DNA from: Amoebidium appalachense
Taxonomy: Eukaryota > Protista > Ichthyosporea
DNA length: 64,000 bases
Assembly: GCA_963693365.1 (NCBI GenBank)
Contig: CAVNZM010000009.1
Coordinates: 886,963 to 950,962, forward strand
Reading direction: 5' to 3'
Shown here: in pieces, positions 1 through 11,738 of the stretch
Layout of the letters: the number at the start of each line of letters is the position of its first letter
How positions within the stretch are numbered: the first letter of the stretch is position 1
Program-made: the position numbers and the translations under genes
Notes under the pieces: generated by a model
Seen by the model: only the letters and a program-made list of their open reading frames with translations
What the model was told of the DNA's origin: nothing
Databases searched by the model: none

Positions 1-94
1 TGTTGATTTCCCCGGGGTTCTTTATGCAGCCCGAAAAAAGCTTCCGCTGGGATTGTTTTGGGATTTTGATGCATCATCATTACTTCGGGATTCA

Positions 95-136
<42 letters not shown>

Positions 137-234
137 CCCCCCCCCCCCCCCTCTCTCTCTCTCTGTGTGTGTGTGTGCATACATGTGGCAGTGGTGTGCG
201 TGTGTTTGGGTGAGATTTAATGTGTGTGGTGTGT

Positions 235-265
<31 letters not shown>

Positions 266-344
266 CGTTTCTGCTTTCCGTCTTTTTTGTAGTTGGGTAC
301 AGTCAGTACACTGTTCCGACTAACCGGCTGTAAATCTATCCCAG

Positions 345-696
345 ATTGATCAGATCGTGGAGACTGCAAAGAACGTAGCAGACCAGGTATTAACGGAACC
401 CGCCAAAGTTGATATATCGGCTTGCCTGAAAGCGGTAAGACCCTCCCCCCCCCCCCCCCCCCCCCCCCCTCCTTCCCCCCTTCCCCTTCTCAGAAAACAA
501 AACAAAAAAGATAGAGAGAAAAAAAGAAAGGAAAAAACCCTTTGCACTATTATCACCACCACCGTGTTTATGCACCACACACTCAAGCCCGCATCACACG
601 TACGCACACACACACACCTCGTGTGCACTTTTACTGCCATTTCCACAACATAGAAATAATGAACAGGTGTTTGGGAAAGGGAGGGGGGAGGGGGGG

Positions 697-728
<32 letters not shown>

Positions 729-1548
729 GGGAAGGGGGGGGGGAGGGAAGGAGGGTGGGGGGTGGGGGAGGGGGGGGGGGGGGACCAAGGAATAACCGTG
801 CTTCCCACGCGCACACGCACACGTACCCACACAGATCGCGCCCCAGTGCGAGAAATCCTCGGACGAAGACTGCATGGTGACCAAATCGACCAACGCCGGA
901 TCTGCCTGCCCGCCCGCCGCCCAAAACGTTATCAAACACAAATACTGCAAGCGTGCGATTGCGGTGGGGCCCAAGATGCAAGGGAAATGTCGTCTGTGTA
1001 CGTGTGGGACCACAATGAACGAAAATGCGTGCCCCGGGGGTTCTGCCGAGGCCTGTGTCAAGTCCGTGTTGGCCGAAAATGGGTGCGGCCAGGAAGCACA
1101 AAGCTTCACCCCTGCGGCGAGAGGAATCAATTTTAGAAGTAAGACCCCCCCCCCCCTCCCCCCCCTCCCCCCTCCTCCCTCCCCCTGCCGCCAAACAAAA
1201 AAAAAAATAAAAAGAGGTGAGAAAAGGCCTCGAAGGAACAAACGGAACGTTACGAACGAAACGGCCATGCAAACTATCCTTTCTTCGGTGCCTTTCTTGA
1301 CTAAGTCTTCTCAAGAATACTTAACAGCTGTCAATCAGATGTATGGGTGGTGTCTCCGTCTTTCTGAGTTGTCTTTTGTTGTCGCCGCCTGTCGTATCTT
1401 TTTGTCTCGTGCTCCATATCTTCTGAACACCAACACGTGGGGGTTTTCTGTAAAGAGCAAATTTGAAATTGCTAGGTATTCGTGTCTAAACTTGAAGACA
1501 TGTGTGTGTGCTTGTGCTTGTGCTGCTCTGCTTCCCCTCCCTCCCCCC

Positions 1549-1624
<76 letters not shown>

Positions 1625-1814
1625 ACCACCACCACCACCACCACCACCACAACAGGAAGAAAAAAAAAAGAAGGAAAAGGGGATAAATTTATTTTGTCCA
1701 TTTAGATTTAGCCCGGTAATTTGTATCGATCGGGAAATAACCGGTAGGGGGTTTCTTTTCCCAATTCTGACACTTTTCTGCTTTTTCCCCACAGGCGGCA
1801 CTACCCGTCACTAA
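345..1814 (+). CDS. 3' part of a multi-exon gene for a cysteine-rich, possibly secreted, protein of unknown family; 5' exons lie outside the window
   Basis: Phase-consistent GT-AG exons: 345-434 (IDQIVETAKNVADQVLTEPAKVDISACLKA), 835-1138 (IAPQCEKSSDEDCMVTK...CPPAAQ...YCKR...KCRLCTCG...CPGGSAEACVKSVLAENGCGQ...GINFR) and 1795-1814 (SGTTRH*). Acceptors cccag/cacag/cacag; both donors gtaaga. Confidence 0.6.
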
Positions 1815-1913
1815 GCCACAGGAAAAAACAGCAAAAACTCCGCTGGATTTGTTGATAGAGTGGTTTGTCTTTATGGGATATAAAGTTGTGACCTTTTATG
1901 TGCCAGAACAGTT

Positions 1914-2289
1914 TTATATCTGGGGGCTTGGTATATCTGTGTGCTGCGGATCCCCCGTGTCCTTCCCATGGTCACAGATAGGGCAATAATATAAAAAGAT
2001 CTGTAAGAATATCTGCTATTCGGACTGAGATAAAACACGTGTTAGTGTAGCAGATAGTATGTATGCTGTGACATACAAATTGTGGGATATATTTGCCAAA
2101 TATGGCTTGAACACCTTGAATATGAGTGGTCCAATTGCAGGTACATGCATGTCGACACACAAAGTGACATATATCAATAGAGTCATTATATAAATAAAAA
2201 AAATTGACACACCTCACCCGTATCTTCTTCCATCCAGATATATGATTTATTGTCCGTTGTGAAGGTGTACTCTGACACATCCGAGATCA

Positions 2290-2326
<37 letters not shown>

Positions 2327-2877
2327 ATGGGCTCTGTTCAAGTACCTTCTGCCTGCAGACTTGTGTTTTGATCCTGTGTCTTTCTACCCCCTTGTTGCTT
2401 GCAATACTTTGCTTCTTTTGGATGCAACCCTCTCGTGTATTCATCCCCCCCCCCCCCCCCCCCTCCCTCCCTTCACCCTCTTGTTGCTTGCAATATTTTG
2501 CGTCTTTGGATTCCGAAGCCACCCACATAGCCCCCCCCCACTCCCCTTGGTGTATGTTCGTGTGTGTGTGGTGTGTGTGTGCATGCTCTCGAGGAAACCA
2601 GGGCAGGAAAGATACGTTTCGTTCAGTATTGTGTGTGTGTGTGTGTGTGCATACTTGCCCGCGCGCACACACACGGTGTGTGTCTATCAGTCTATGCATG
2701 TGTATGTGTGTGGGTGACGGGGTGTCTGTGAGCCTGCGCGTGTGTGCATGTCTGTGTGCTCACACAGTGCATGTGTGTGTCTGTGCGTCACGTGCGGCGT
2801 GTGTATATGCGTGAGAGAGTGGGGAACACAACCAGAGTGTTGATCAAACTCTCCCCTCCCCCCCCCCCCCCTTAATA

Positions 2878-2946
<69 letters not shown>

Positions 2947-3219
2947 GAGAGAGAGCGAGAGAGAGAAGGCTTTGATTTCCAGTGCACACTGTGAGATGTC
3001 ATTGATGCGACACGAACATCCGGCAGATAATAAAGTTTATCCATAGAACGCACTGCCACAGTTACTAAGCATTATCCCCAAATATACGCGAAAATAATTA
3101 AGGTGTGTGCTTGTATGTGGTTGTATGTATGTGTCACACGTGTGTGAGTGTGTGAGTGTGTGAGTGAGTGTGTGTGTGTGTGTGTGTGGGTGGGTGCGCG
3201 CGCGCGTGCGTGTGCGTCA

Positions 3220-3257
<38 letters not shown>

Positions 3258-4613
3258 CAAGTATATGGTGTGCATGCGCTTCAAACCAAATCAACACAAG
3301 CCCAAGCTCAACACTGCCCGGAAACCAACAAACCAATGGTCGAGAAACCAACTTGAACAAAAAAACAACCAACCAAAACCCGGAAAAACAAACCGATACA
3401 TCACGCAAGAACACTAAGTCCAGGCAAGCACGACCCCTAAATGTACAATATTACCGGAAAATTTTCGAGTTTCCAGACACAGATCTACCCGCTAATACAG
3501 TGCCTTTTGACCTTGACCAGCACCCGATTGTTACCACCCATCCATCTAGTGTGGCCCCAAAAGCACCCACAAACAATTTTCTGATCCCCCCCCCCCCCCC
3601 CCCCCCCCTCGAGCTCCCCCCCTCCCTCCCGTCCCAGGGGGGAGGGGGGAGGAGATATTGCTCTACAAAAGTACAAAGTACACAGCACATACACGACGAT
3701 TTTGCAGAGCACACACAAAGAAAATGTGCATATCGAGCAGAGCCCATTCTCGGGGGAATGAGGTGGGTGGGTGGGTCGGGTGGGGGGAAGGGGGGGGGAA
3801 GGGGGGGGGGGAGGGGGGGAGGGGGGGGGGGGGGGGGGGGGGACCTACGGCAAAAGGCCAACACTATTCTTGCCTGACTGATGTTAGCAGAGTGTACACG
3901 CTACAACTGGCACGTACATCATCGGGGCACACATGCATATGAATGAGAGTATACGTGGGTGAATCAGGCCGCTGAAACAACAGGTATAGACAGTGCAGAG
4001 TGTGCTGGGCTATGCACTATCTATGCCACCGTGACAGCACTAATTAACAGAGAGGTGCAGTGTGGAGAGGTAGGAGATCGGTTGCATGTTCGATCAATCT
4101 ACGTCTGATTTATTGTGAGCGATTCTCACCACTTAGCTGCCGCAGGCATATTCCATGAATACAAAGCTATCCAAAGATATGGAAGATGAGGGCGAAGCCG
4201 AAAGGAATTTGCCCATCTTGCATTCCCCTCATACCTGGCGACGCCCTTCCCGGCAGACAGCACACCTAAAAACACAGAAAACATGAAAAGCATGCACTCA
4301 ATCCGTCCAGTGTGTAATTCCTTTCACTATCGCCAAAATCTTAAAAAACTGTGAATGCCACACGTGCCCAATGAACGGTAGATGGTAAACAACAACTAGC
4401 CCGGTCAAGCTATTCGAATAAAGGGATGTAAAGTGCAAATAAACAATCCCACCGAACTATGCATGCTATGTGCTCGTGCAAGCCTAAGATGTGCAACCAG
4501 CCTCAGAATCGTGCTGTGCGCATGCGTGCAAACCTGTACACATTGAAGAGGGTTTCTTTTAGGCCGATTGATTGTCCCCATTCCAGCACGTCCGGGTCAA
4601 GCCATTTGTTTAG
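1914..4613 (-). CDS. Putative divergent Churchill-like zinc-finger protein made of micro-exons; first exon unresolved (possibly ~4739-4790)
   Basis: Chain of phase-compatible AG/GT-bounded exons: 4613-4534, 4265-4235, 4166-4130, 3873-3849, 3484-3455, 3064-3054, 2683-2655, 2269-2218, 2114-2077, 2000-1914. Product: ...ETLFNVYRCAVCREGRRQLCIHGICLRQLSG...IFRNCGNTHRVCARGQYTFTT...YIPQFIFLYYCPICDHGKDTGDP...*. This matches, in order, Churchill motifs as I recall them (LLNFTGCAVC; CKNCHHVIARHEYTF; MLCLLCGKAEDT). The middle micro-exons are uncertain. Confidence 0.45.
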
Positions 4614-5014
4614 CTAACAAATAAATCATGACATGAACTGCAATCTTTCTTCCTAACGCTTTATTATTATTATTCCCGTCTGTATTTCTTTTTTTACCTT
4701 TTCTTTTTCTTTTTTGTTGTATTATGGCGCATCTGTACCTTGCTGCCGGCAAAACGATGTTGCGCAGCTGATGCGCAGCACCCCAATCATATAGCTAGAA
4801 CTGCCTCTGACCCGACCCGGCCCGAAAGCCTAAAAGAAACCCCTTTAATTCGGGCACTACTGTTTTATATCCTGACACACCCATTGTAACCTTAGAACAT
4901 GAAATACTGCAACAGCAAATTTACCGAATATGCAAATTTACCGAATAAAGGCGCACCAATAGGAACTAGCGACTAAACTTAAGCGAGATTACATTCACTC
5001 CCACCCCTTGAACA

Positions 5015-5112
5015 ATGGCCAAGGAAATTCGCTCACTTCTTCTGCTCCTTCTCGTCATGTGTGTCATTGCCCACCACCTTCTTGCATTTGTTGTTGGGTG
5101 GGAAGGCGCGCT

Positions 5113-5147
<35 letters not shown>

Positions 5148-5382
5148 GGGAGAGGGAGGAGGGCAGGCTGGGGTAGGGGAGAGGAGGAGGGGGGAGGGGG
5201 GAGATGGGGAGGGGAGCAGGTGGTGAGAAGAAGGAGGGGCGAGGGGGAGGATGGGGAGGGGAAGGAGATGGCTGAAGAAAGCTGCAAGGCATTTTTGAAT
5301 TCGAAAAGGGGGGGGGGGGGGGGGGGGAGGCAGTAATAAATATCGACCCTTCCCCTGGTGTCCCTCCCCCCCCCCCCCTCTT

Positions 5383-5414
<32 letters not shown>

Positions 5415-5988
5415 CCTCCCCCCCCCGGCCGCCCGCCCGTCGCCGGCACCACCGGCGGGGGCCCCCAAAAACTACATATGGCCCGGAATCCACATGCGGG
5501 GGGGCTGGGGGGGGGGGAAGGGAGGGAGGGGGGGGGGGGGGGGGGGGAGGGCTGCTCTACCGTGACAGCTCCCGCTACCTATAGTATGCGTACACCTCCT
5601 ATGCCCCCCCCCCCCCCCCCCCCCCCCCCCCGCCGCCTTATGTGTACACTCCTATGCCCCCCCCCCCCCCCCCCCCCGTATGCGTACACTCCTACCCCCC
5701 CCCCCCCCCCCCCCCACCCCCCTCTCCCCCCGCCGCCCTTCATGTGCACCACCTCTGGTGGCCACCACCAACTGATTACCTTGGTTTCCACGGTGTATGT
5801 GCGTGCATTTCCATTTCATCGGTGTGTGCGTGCATCTGCATGCGTACTCAAAGTGGTTTATGCACCTCGTGTTCGTGTGTGTGTGTGTACGGAGAGACGG
5901 GAGAAAAAAGTGGTGTCCAGTCCTAGGTTTATGAATGCACAGGGGGGATGGTGGTGATGTTTTTTTTTTTTCTTTTCTTTTTTTTTTT

Positions 5989-6019
<31 letters not shown>

Positions 6020-6112
6020 GGGGGGGTATTGATGTGTTGCCGCTACTATTATGAGAGTGGGCTTGCATCACGGTTCTACCTCATCAACGATAATGCCTGG
6101 AAAGGCAGTTGA
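5015..6112 (+). CDS. Possible small secreted/membrane protein gene, divergent from the Churchill-like gene; structure unresolved
   Basis: ATG 5015 opens a signal-peptide-like exon MAKEIRSLLLLLLVMCVIAHHLLAFVVG with donor gtggga at 5098. Downstream coding-like islands (LLYRDSSRYL|gtatgc ~5552-5583; HLWWPPPTDYLGFHG|gtatgt ~5750-5794; RYYYESGLASRFYLINDNAWKGS* to 6112) lack clean AG acceptors in this assembly. Confidence 0.25.
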
Positions 6113-6945
6113 GTTTGGACACTTCACACAGCAACAGAAACGGGTTTTTACTTCATCTCCCGAAAATTCATTTACCAACTACAAGCAAATGTTGCACCAC
6201 AGTATTTACAGAGAGTTCAAACTATTGTTGCAGAGTCAAGCTGGCAGAAAGTATTTGCGCCAAGCAAAGTGTATTCTATTATTATGTACAAAAATCGGGA
6301 TATCTGTACAAATGGACAAATGAAATTACAATGGAAAAATGTGCCTTATGAAATGTTCGGCACTGCCCTAGACCTCAAAATGGCAAATAGATCACACAAA
6401 TCATATTCCTCGTCCCCTCAACTCCTCCCCTCCCCCTCCCCTCCCCCCCCCCCTCCCCCCCCCCCCCCCTCCCTCCCACCCCCCCCCCCCCCCCCCCCCC
6501 CCCCCCAAAAAAAGAACACCACCGTCTACTAAAAGATGAAAATCTATATACAGGAAATTATACAGTTTTAGAAGGCATAATTGATCACAACGTGAGATCA
6601 GATCACATAGGTCAGAAGAAATCAACTTCATTTTCCATCGCGACATTCTTCAGGGGATAAAAAGAACCAAAAAGAAAGCCGAAAAATGGGCAAAAATTGC
6701 ATGTCTTTCCAGCGCACGCCACCTGATGCGACTTGGGGATTCAAAACACTGTGTTTTGTATAGATAACAATCATTATTGCCATGAAAGGAAAACGAAATA
6801 ATGAACAACTGCAGCCCCCGCAAAAGGGAGTGGTATTATCTACTGCAACACTTATGGACTTATAACGGTTATTTGTATGTGCGTGCCAGTGTGAGAAAGG
6901 ACATCTTTGGCGTGCACGTGTGTAGAGGTGTATTTACATATCATA

Positions 6946-6979
<34 letters not shown>

Positions 6980-6990
6980 CCACGTGCATC

Positions 6991-8958
6991 TTAGCAACTA
7001 TCCGCCACCCCCTGCGGCTCCTCCTCCTCCAACATATTTGCAATACGTGCCAGCGCCTGCCGTGATTGGTTATCACCATAATTGGGGTTGCTTACGTAAG
7101 CATCCAACAACCGAATCACTCCTTGCAGTAACCGTCCCTCACTGGCTGCCTGCAAACTCTTTGCCTCCTCCGGTGTAGGTCCCACCGTTGCGCTCTGTGA
7201 CGACATTTTCGTTGTGGTACTAGTTGCACTTGTGCTGGAAGTACGATGCGCACTGACCATGGGCGCAGATGGGCGCACACGCATAGACGCACTTCGCCGT
7301 ATGGTGCCCGTCACACTGGTCGATAGTCTCGTTGCCCCCCTGATCACTGCCTCGCATGGGCCATTGCCGCCATGTTTCGATTCGGCTTGCGAATCACTAT
7401 CACCGTGGATATTAATGTCGGTAAACATATCCACACCCCCTCTCTTACTCGGCTCGGTTTGACTACCCGAACGTTGGCGGAAAAGTGAGGCGGCTGTCGG
7501 TCTTGGCCTGCGGGGACGCGAAGATAGAGACCCCCACGCCCTCATCTCTCCAATCTCCATGTTTGCATCGGTGAAATCCTCCTCCTCCTCGTGAATGGGC
7601 GTTGTGGGTGATGCAAGAACGACATCGTGGAGTGATTTCGAGCGAAGATGCGTCTTCTGCCACACGGCCGCACGGGGCCCTACGGTTGGACTGGAGGTTT
7701 CCGACGGCTGCTCGGACGAGAGGTGGACGGCCGTGACCCGACCCGAAACATTGTCACGTGACATAGCCCCGCCGTGGAAGCTTCGAGAACGACTTAGGCC
7801 CACCGGGTACTGGGGCCTCGTGTCCATGTCTGATACATCGACTTGCTCCGTTTCGTCTTGCGATCCACGTCGCGTGGGGCGGCGGCGACGACGAGCAATT
7901 GCATCCTTGTCAACGGTCACACCCAAACGGGCAAGCATGGCCGATGTTCCCTTGGCCGCAGTGGGACTAGGCGCATCGCGTGTGCTAGTAGATGGCAAGG
8001 GTGGCTCTTTTTCCCCTGCGGACTTTTCCAGAAGAGTCTCGAGGGACACACTCGATACCCGTCCACACGTGCTTGCTACTGTTTGCACAGGCTGCACTGT
8101 TGCTGCCCCACCCACCATGGGGAGATCCATCGTTCGGCCCAGTACCTGCCCACTTGCACGACGTGTTGGGTCTCGTTGGGGCTGAGGGGCAGTGCGCATC
8201 CACTTTGCCCCATCGTCGTTATTGACTTCCTCGAGAGAGTGCCCTGCTGTTTTGTGCACGGGATTGGGCGCCGAGAGGCTACGAGGAAACCCAAACTTGC
8301 CCAAATCCGGGAACTCAGCGGGCAAAATCTCCGCTGCTCTGCTGTTCTGACCGCGCACGTTGGCTGGCTTTGCATCGACCGAACCGCCAGTAATCACCTT
8401 TGGCCCCTTTTCCTTTTCAAGCGCCAACCACGGCATTGACTGGGCCTTCCGTAGTTCTCTCCATGGGGCATGTTCCAATGCGCTGGTGCCCCCCACCCGC
8501 CCAATCACCACAGACCCATCAACCGTTCGTTGCACGGGGGCAGGTGGGGGGAGAGGGTCCTTCTGCGGCTTCTGCCAGTCCCCACCGTGTAGTTTTTCGC
8601 TTTTTGTCGCCGGGAGGCCGGTCCGCCCACCCTTTGTACTTGAGCTAATTAAAGTAATGGGAACATTATCGGGAATGTGGCGCATAACAGACGCCACGCT
8701 GCTACGTTTCTGTGGGTCTCTGTTTACATTCCCCGTGCGCTTGAACACGCCTGTGCTCTCAAACGATTGCAAAAACTGGCCGTTACTGCCTGTGCCTGTG
8801 CTTCCTGTCTGTGCCCCCCCCTTACTGCTACCTCCTCCATAACCTGCTGCTACCTTGACACCCGCGCCATCTGTCAAACTACGCGGGCGGGTAGCCGCCA
8901 GTACCGGCCGTGCGCTGCTATTCTGCTGCGCTAGCCCTATGGTGTGTGTGTATACCAT
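6991..8958 (-). CDS. Intronless 655-aa Ser/Thr/Arg-rich, probably disordered protein with many basophilic phosphosite motifs and a C-terminal HR1-like helical motif
   Basis: 1968-nt uninterrupted ORF of complex sequence in a repeat-rich background. Motifs RSLSAP, KAQSMP, RSRSFH, RSKSLH, RRSASM. The C-terminal segment LLQGVIRLLDAYVSNPNYGD resembles the YxxNPxxGD turn of CIP4/FBP17-type HR1 domains. Confidence 0.8.
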   Translation of the reverse strand: MVYTHTIGLAQQNSSARPVLAATRPRSLTDGAGVKVAAGYGGGSSKGGAQTGSTGTGSNGQFLQSFESTGVFKRTGNVNRDPQKRSSVASVMRHIPDNVPITLISSSTKGGRTGLPATKSEKLHGGDWQKPQKDPLPPPAPVQRTVDGSVVIGRVGGTSALEHAPWRELRKAQSMPWLALEKEKGPKVITGGSVDAKPANVRGQNSRAAEILPAEFPDLGKFGFPRSLSAPNPVHKTAGHSLEEVNNDDGAKWMRTAPQPQRDPTRRASGQVLGRTMDLPMVGGAATVQPVQTVASTCGRVSSVSLETLLEKSAGEKEPPLPSTSTRDAPSPTAAKGTSAMLARLGVTVDKDAIARRRRRPTRRGSQDETEQVDVSDMDTRPQYPVGLSRSRSFHGGAMSRDNVSGRVTAVHLSSEQPSETSSPTVGPRAAVWQKTHLRSKSLHDVVLASPTTPIHEEEEDFTDANMEIGEMRAWGSLSSRPRRPRPTAASLFRQRSGSQTEPSKRGGVDMFTDINIHGDSDSQAESKHGGNGPCEAVIRGATRLSTSVTGTIRRSASMRVRPSAPMVSAHRTSSTSATSTTTKMSSQSATVGPTPEEAKSLQAASEGRLLQGVIRLLDAYVSNPNYGDNQSRQALARIANMLEEEEPQGVADSC

Positions 8959-9120
8959 TTTGCGTTAAAGGGCAGGCGCACTACAGGCACGTTTTCTATT
9001 TACTCATTTGCTCGAAACTCTCGACTTACCCCACTAGTACTAGTTGGAAATCGCATGTACGTTTGTGTGGAAGTGAGAATCGAAACGAAACAATAACTAA
9101 TCTAAAGCTGTGCGTATTTT

Positions 9121-9206
9121 ACCTAATAAACTTAAGCTATTTAGTGTACGTGTGGGTTGTGCAACCTAATAAACTTAAGCTATTTAGTGTACGTGTGGGT
9201 TGTGCA
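9121..9206. repeat. Perfect 43-bp tandem duplication (ACCTAATAAACTTAAGCTATTTAGTGTACGTGTGGGTTGTGCA x2)
   Basis: Copies at 9121-9163 and 9164-9206, about 160 bp upstream of the 655-aa ORF start. Confidence 0.9.
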
Positions 9207-9619
9207 TGCATGCGTAAGAGAAAGCGAAACGAGACGGTGGAACCAAGCATACACACAAAGAGACTGACACTGAAAGATCCGTCACCATCAGTTTGAAAAA
9301 CATGAAATTTGCAGGAATGCAGATCGAGCACTCAGATCATGACAGCGTTAGCCTTTCTGGGCTAATGACGATAGAACAAAAGCGTGTTCGATTGGCTATA
9401 GGATCTATCACAATTCGGAGGCTGTGTGTGTCACTTTTCAAACTAGAAATTAAACGATTTTAGAATAGATAAAGAAGCAACAGAAGACATCTGCTTTCTT
9501 TACCTCTTTTATTTTTTAAAAGAATCCGTGTTTATTGCGAGGCTCTTCGCTAATAAACATAGAATGCAGATGTGACACACAGCGCAAGTATGTTATCGCG
9601 TCCCTGGAAAATAAATGCG

Positions 9620-9697
9620 CCAATCAGACATTTCGCGTACTATCATTGGTGGACTAATATGATTGGGTCACCTAAAGTGAAAAAGGTTTATGATTGG
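9620..9697. promoter_or_regulatory. Cluster of four CCAAT/ATTGG boxes, possible NF-Y promoter
   Basis: CCAAT at 9620-9624 and ATTGG at 9645, 9662 and 9693, in a repeat-free, AT-richer island upstream of the 655-aa gene. Confidence 0.3.
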
Positions 9698-10184
9698 TGT
9701 TCTAAATCGCGCTGGGGCAATAAAGTTTATCCGTTCATCTGATCATCCACCCCCGGGAGTAGTATGATATATGTGTTTTGGCCTTGGTGTTTTATTTATG
9801 TATTTTGATGTTTTCTTAAATCATTATTATCCATTGTTGTTATTTTTTAGGATAGTGATGCAGTAATTCAAATGTTACCTATCATTTTTCAGCGCTCGTT
9901 CTTTATTTTATGTAGCTCTGGGGTCCCCCCATGGCTGTGCCCACTGAGTCGGCTAGCGGTATATGATATCATAGGTATGTAGGCTGGTATGTGTAGGCGT
10001 GGATGTGGCCACGGTGGGTGCGCGGCCATGCATATGGGTGGGCGTTTTCTTTTTTTCCTTTTTTTTTTTCTTCCTGTCTTGGTACGTGGTGGTGGTGGTG
10101 TTGGTGGTGGTGGTGGTGGTGGTGGTGGTGGAAGCCCTGGCAATGGTGGTGGTGGTGGTCGTGGTGGCGGTGGTGGTGGTTGTG

Positions 10185-10268
<84 letters not shown>

Positions 10269-10564
10269 GCGGGGGAGGGGGGGGGGGGAGGGGGGTGCCG
10301 GGGGGGGGGAGGGGGGAGGCGGGGAGGGGGGGGGGGGGGGGGGGGGGGGGAGCCTCGGGAGGGAGCTCCTAGGGCGGGAGGGGGAGGAGAGAAGGGAGGG
10401 GGGGCGCCGCTGAGATGTGTCCTCCATATGTATGAGCACATTGTCAAACCCTACCACCACATGTCAATGTGTGTGCAAAAGAGGCTATGTACTCGCAATT
10501 TTTTTTTTTCATTCCCCCCCTACCTTTTTTGTGTGTACGTGGCACTGCCTCTCTCTCGCTTTCT

Positions 10565-10642
<78 letters not shown>

Positions 10643-10799
10643 CTCCCTCTCTCTCTCTATTTCCCCCCCGTTCTCTCTTCAAACCCCGGCAACCCCCCTC
10701 TCTCTGCCCCCTGCTTCTTCCCCCCTCCCCCCGGGGCCCCCTCGCGCTCTCTCGCTCCCCCCCCCCCTCCCCCCCCCCCCCTCTATCTCTCTCAGTCTA

Positions 10800-10835
<36 letters not shown>

Positions 10836-11581
10836 CTTTGCTTTTCTTTTCTTTTTTTTTTTGGAAGGGGGGGGGGGGGGGGGGGGGGACTTCGTGGGTG
10901 TGTACCGGGCCCTGTATGTGCACGTGTGTGACTTGTGTGTGTGTGTGTGTGTGTGTGTGTGACACGTGTGTATGTGTGTGTCTGTGTGTGTGTGTGTGCG
11001 CGCGCACACGCGTGTGCTTTTTTATTTTTTATTTTTTTGGGGGGGGAGGAGGGGGGAGAGGGGAGGAGGGGAGGGGAGGGAGAAGGGGTGTGTGTTCGTG
11101 GGTGTGGCTGTACCATGAACCATTGGGTTCCAAACAGAGTGAAAATGAAATGGACGGGTGCATACCTGTTACATTCGTATGCTAATGCAACACGAACACG
11201 AACATTCCAAAGAGGGGAATAACATGCAGAATTAATGGCGTCCCTTCTTCAAAGGCTTTGTGGTGTCTTATTATGGACACATCATATGGTACGTGGAACT
11301 ATGGATATGTTTTCAAAGTATTTAAAGCTCAACGTTCCAAGACAAGCATATGCATGCCAGTACTACGCGCCCACTGGCTTTTATGCATAATGCTCAAGTG
11401 GTGATAATTCGAGATGTTAGCAGTTTCAGCACCTGCCTACCTACTCGTGCAACCCTTTCTCCTCCTGTTCCCTAAATTAAGCATTTCCCTTTCATACGAT
11501 GGTAGGTCTGAGTATCATAAACCTTGTAATTGTGTAAAATGTGATTGGTATACCAAAATACCACACATTCGCAACCCAATA

Positions 11582-11612
<31 letters not shown>

Positions 11613-11738
11613 CCCCCCACCCCCACCCCCCACCACACACACACACACACCCTTCGAGCAACGGGTGGTTGTGGCATGCGATTTGCTATTTATCAGTACT
11701 ATCTGATCGGCAACATAGGGTTCCTGTCATCTGATTGG

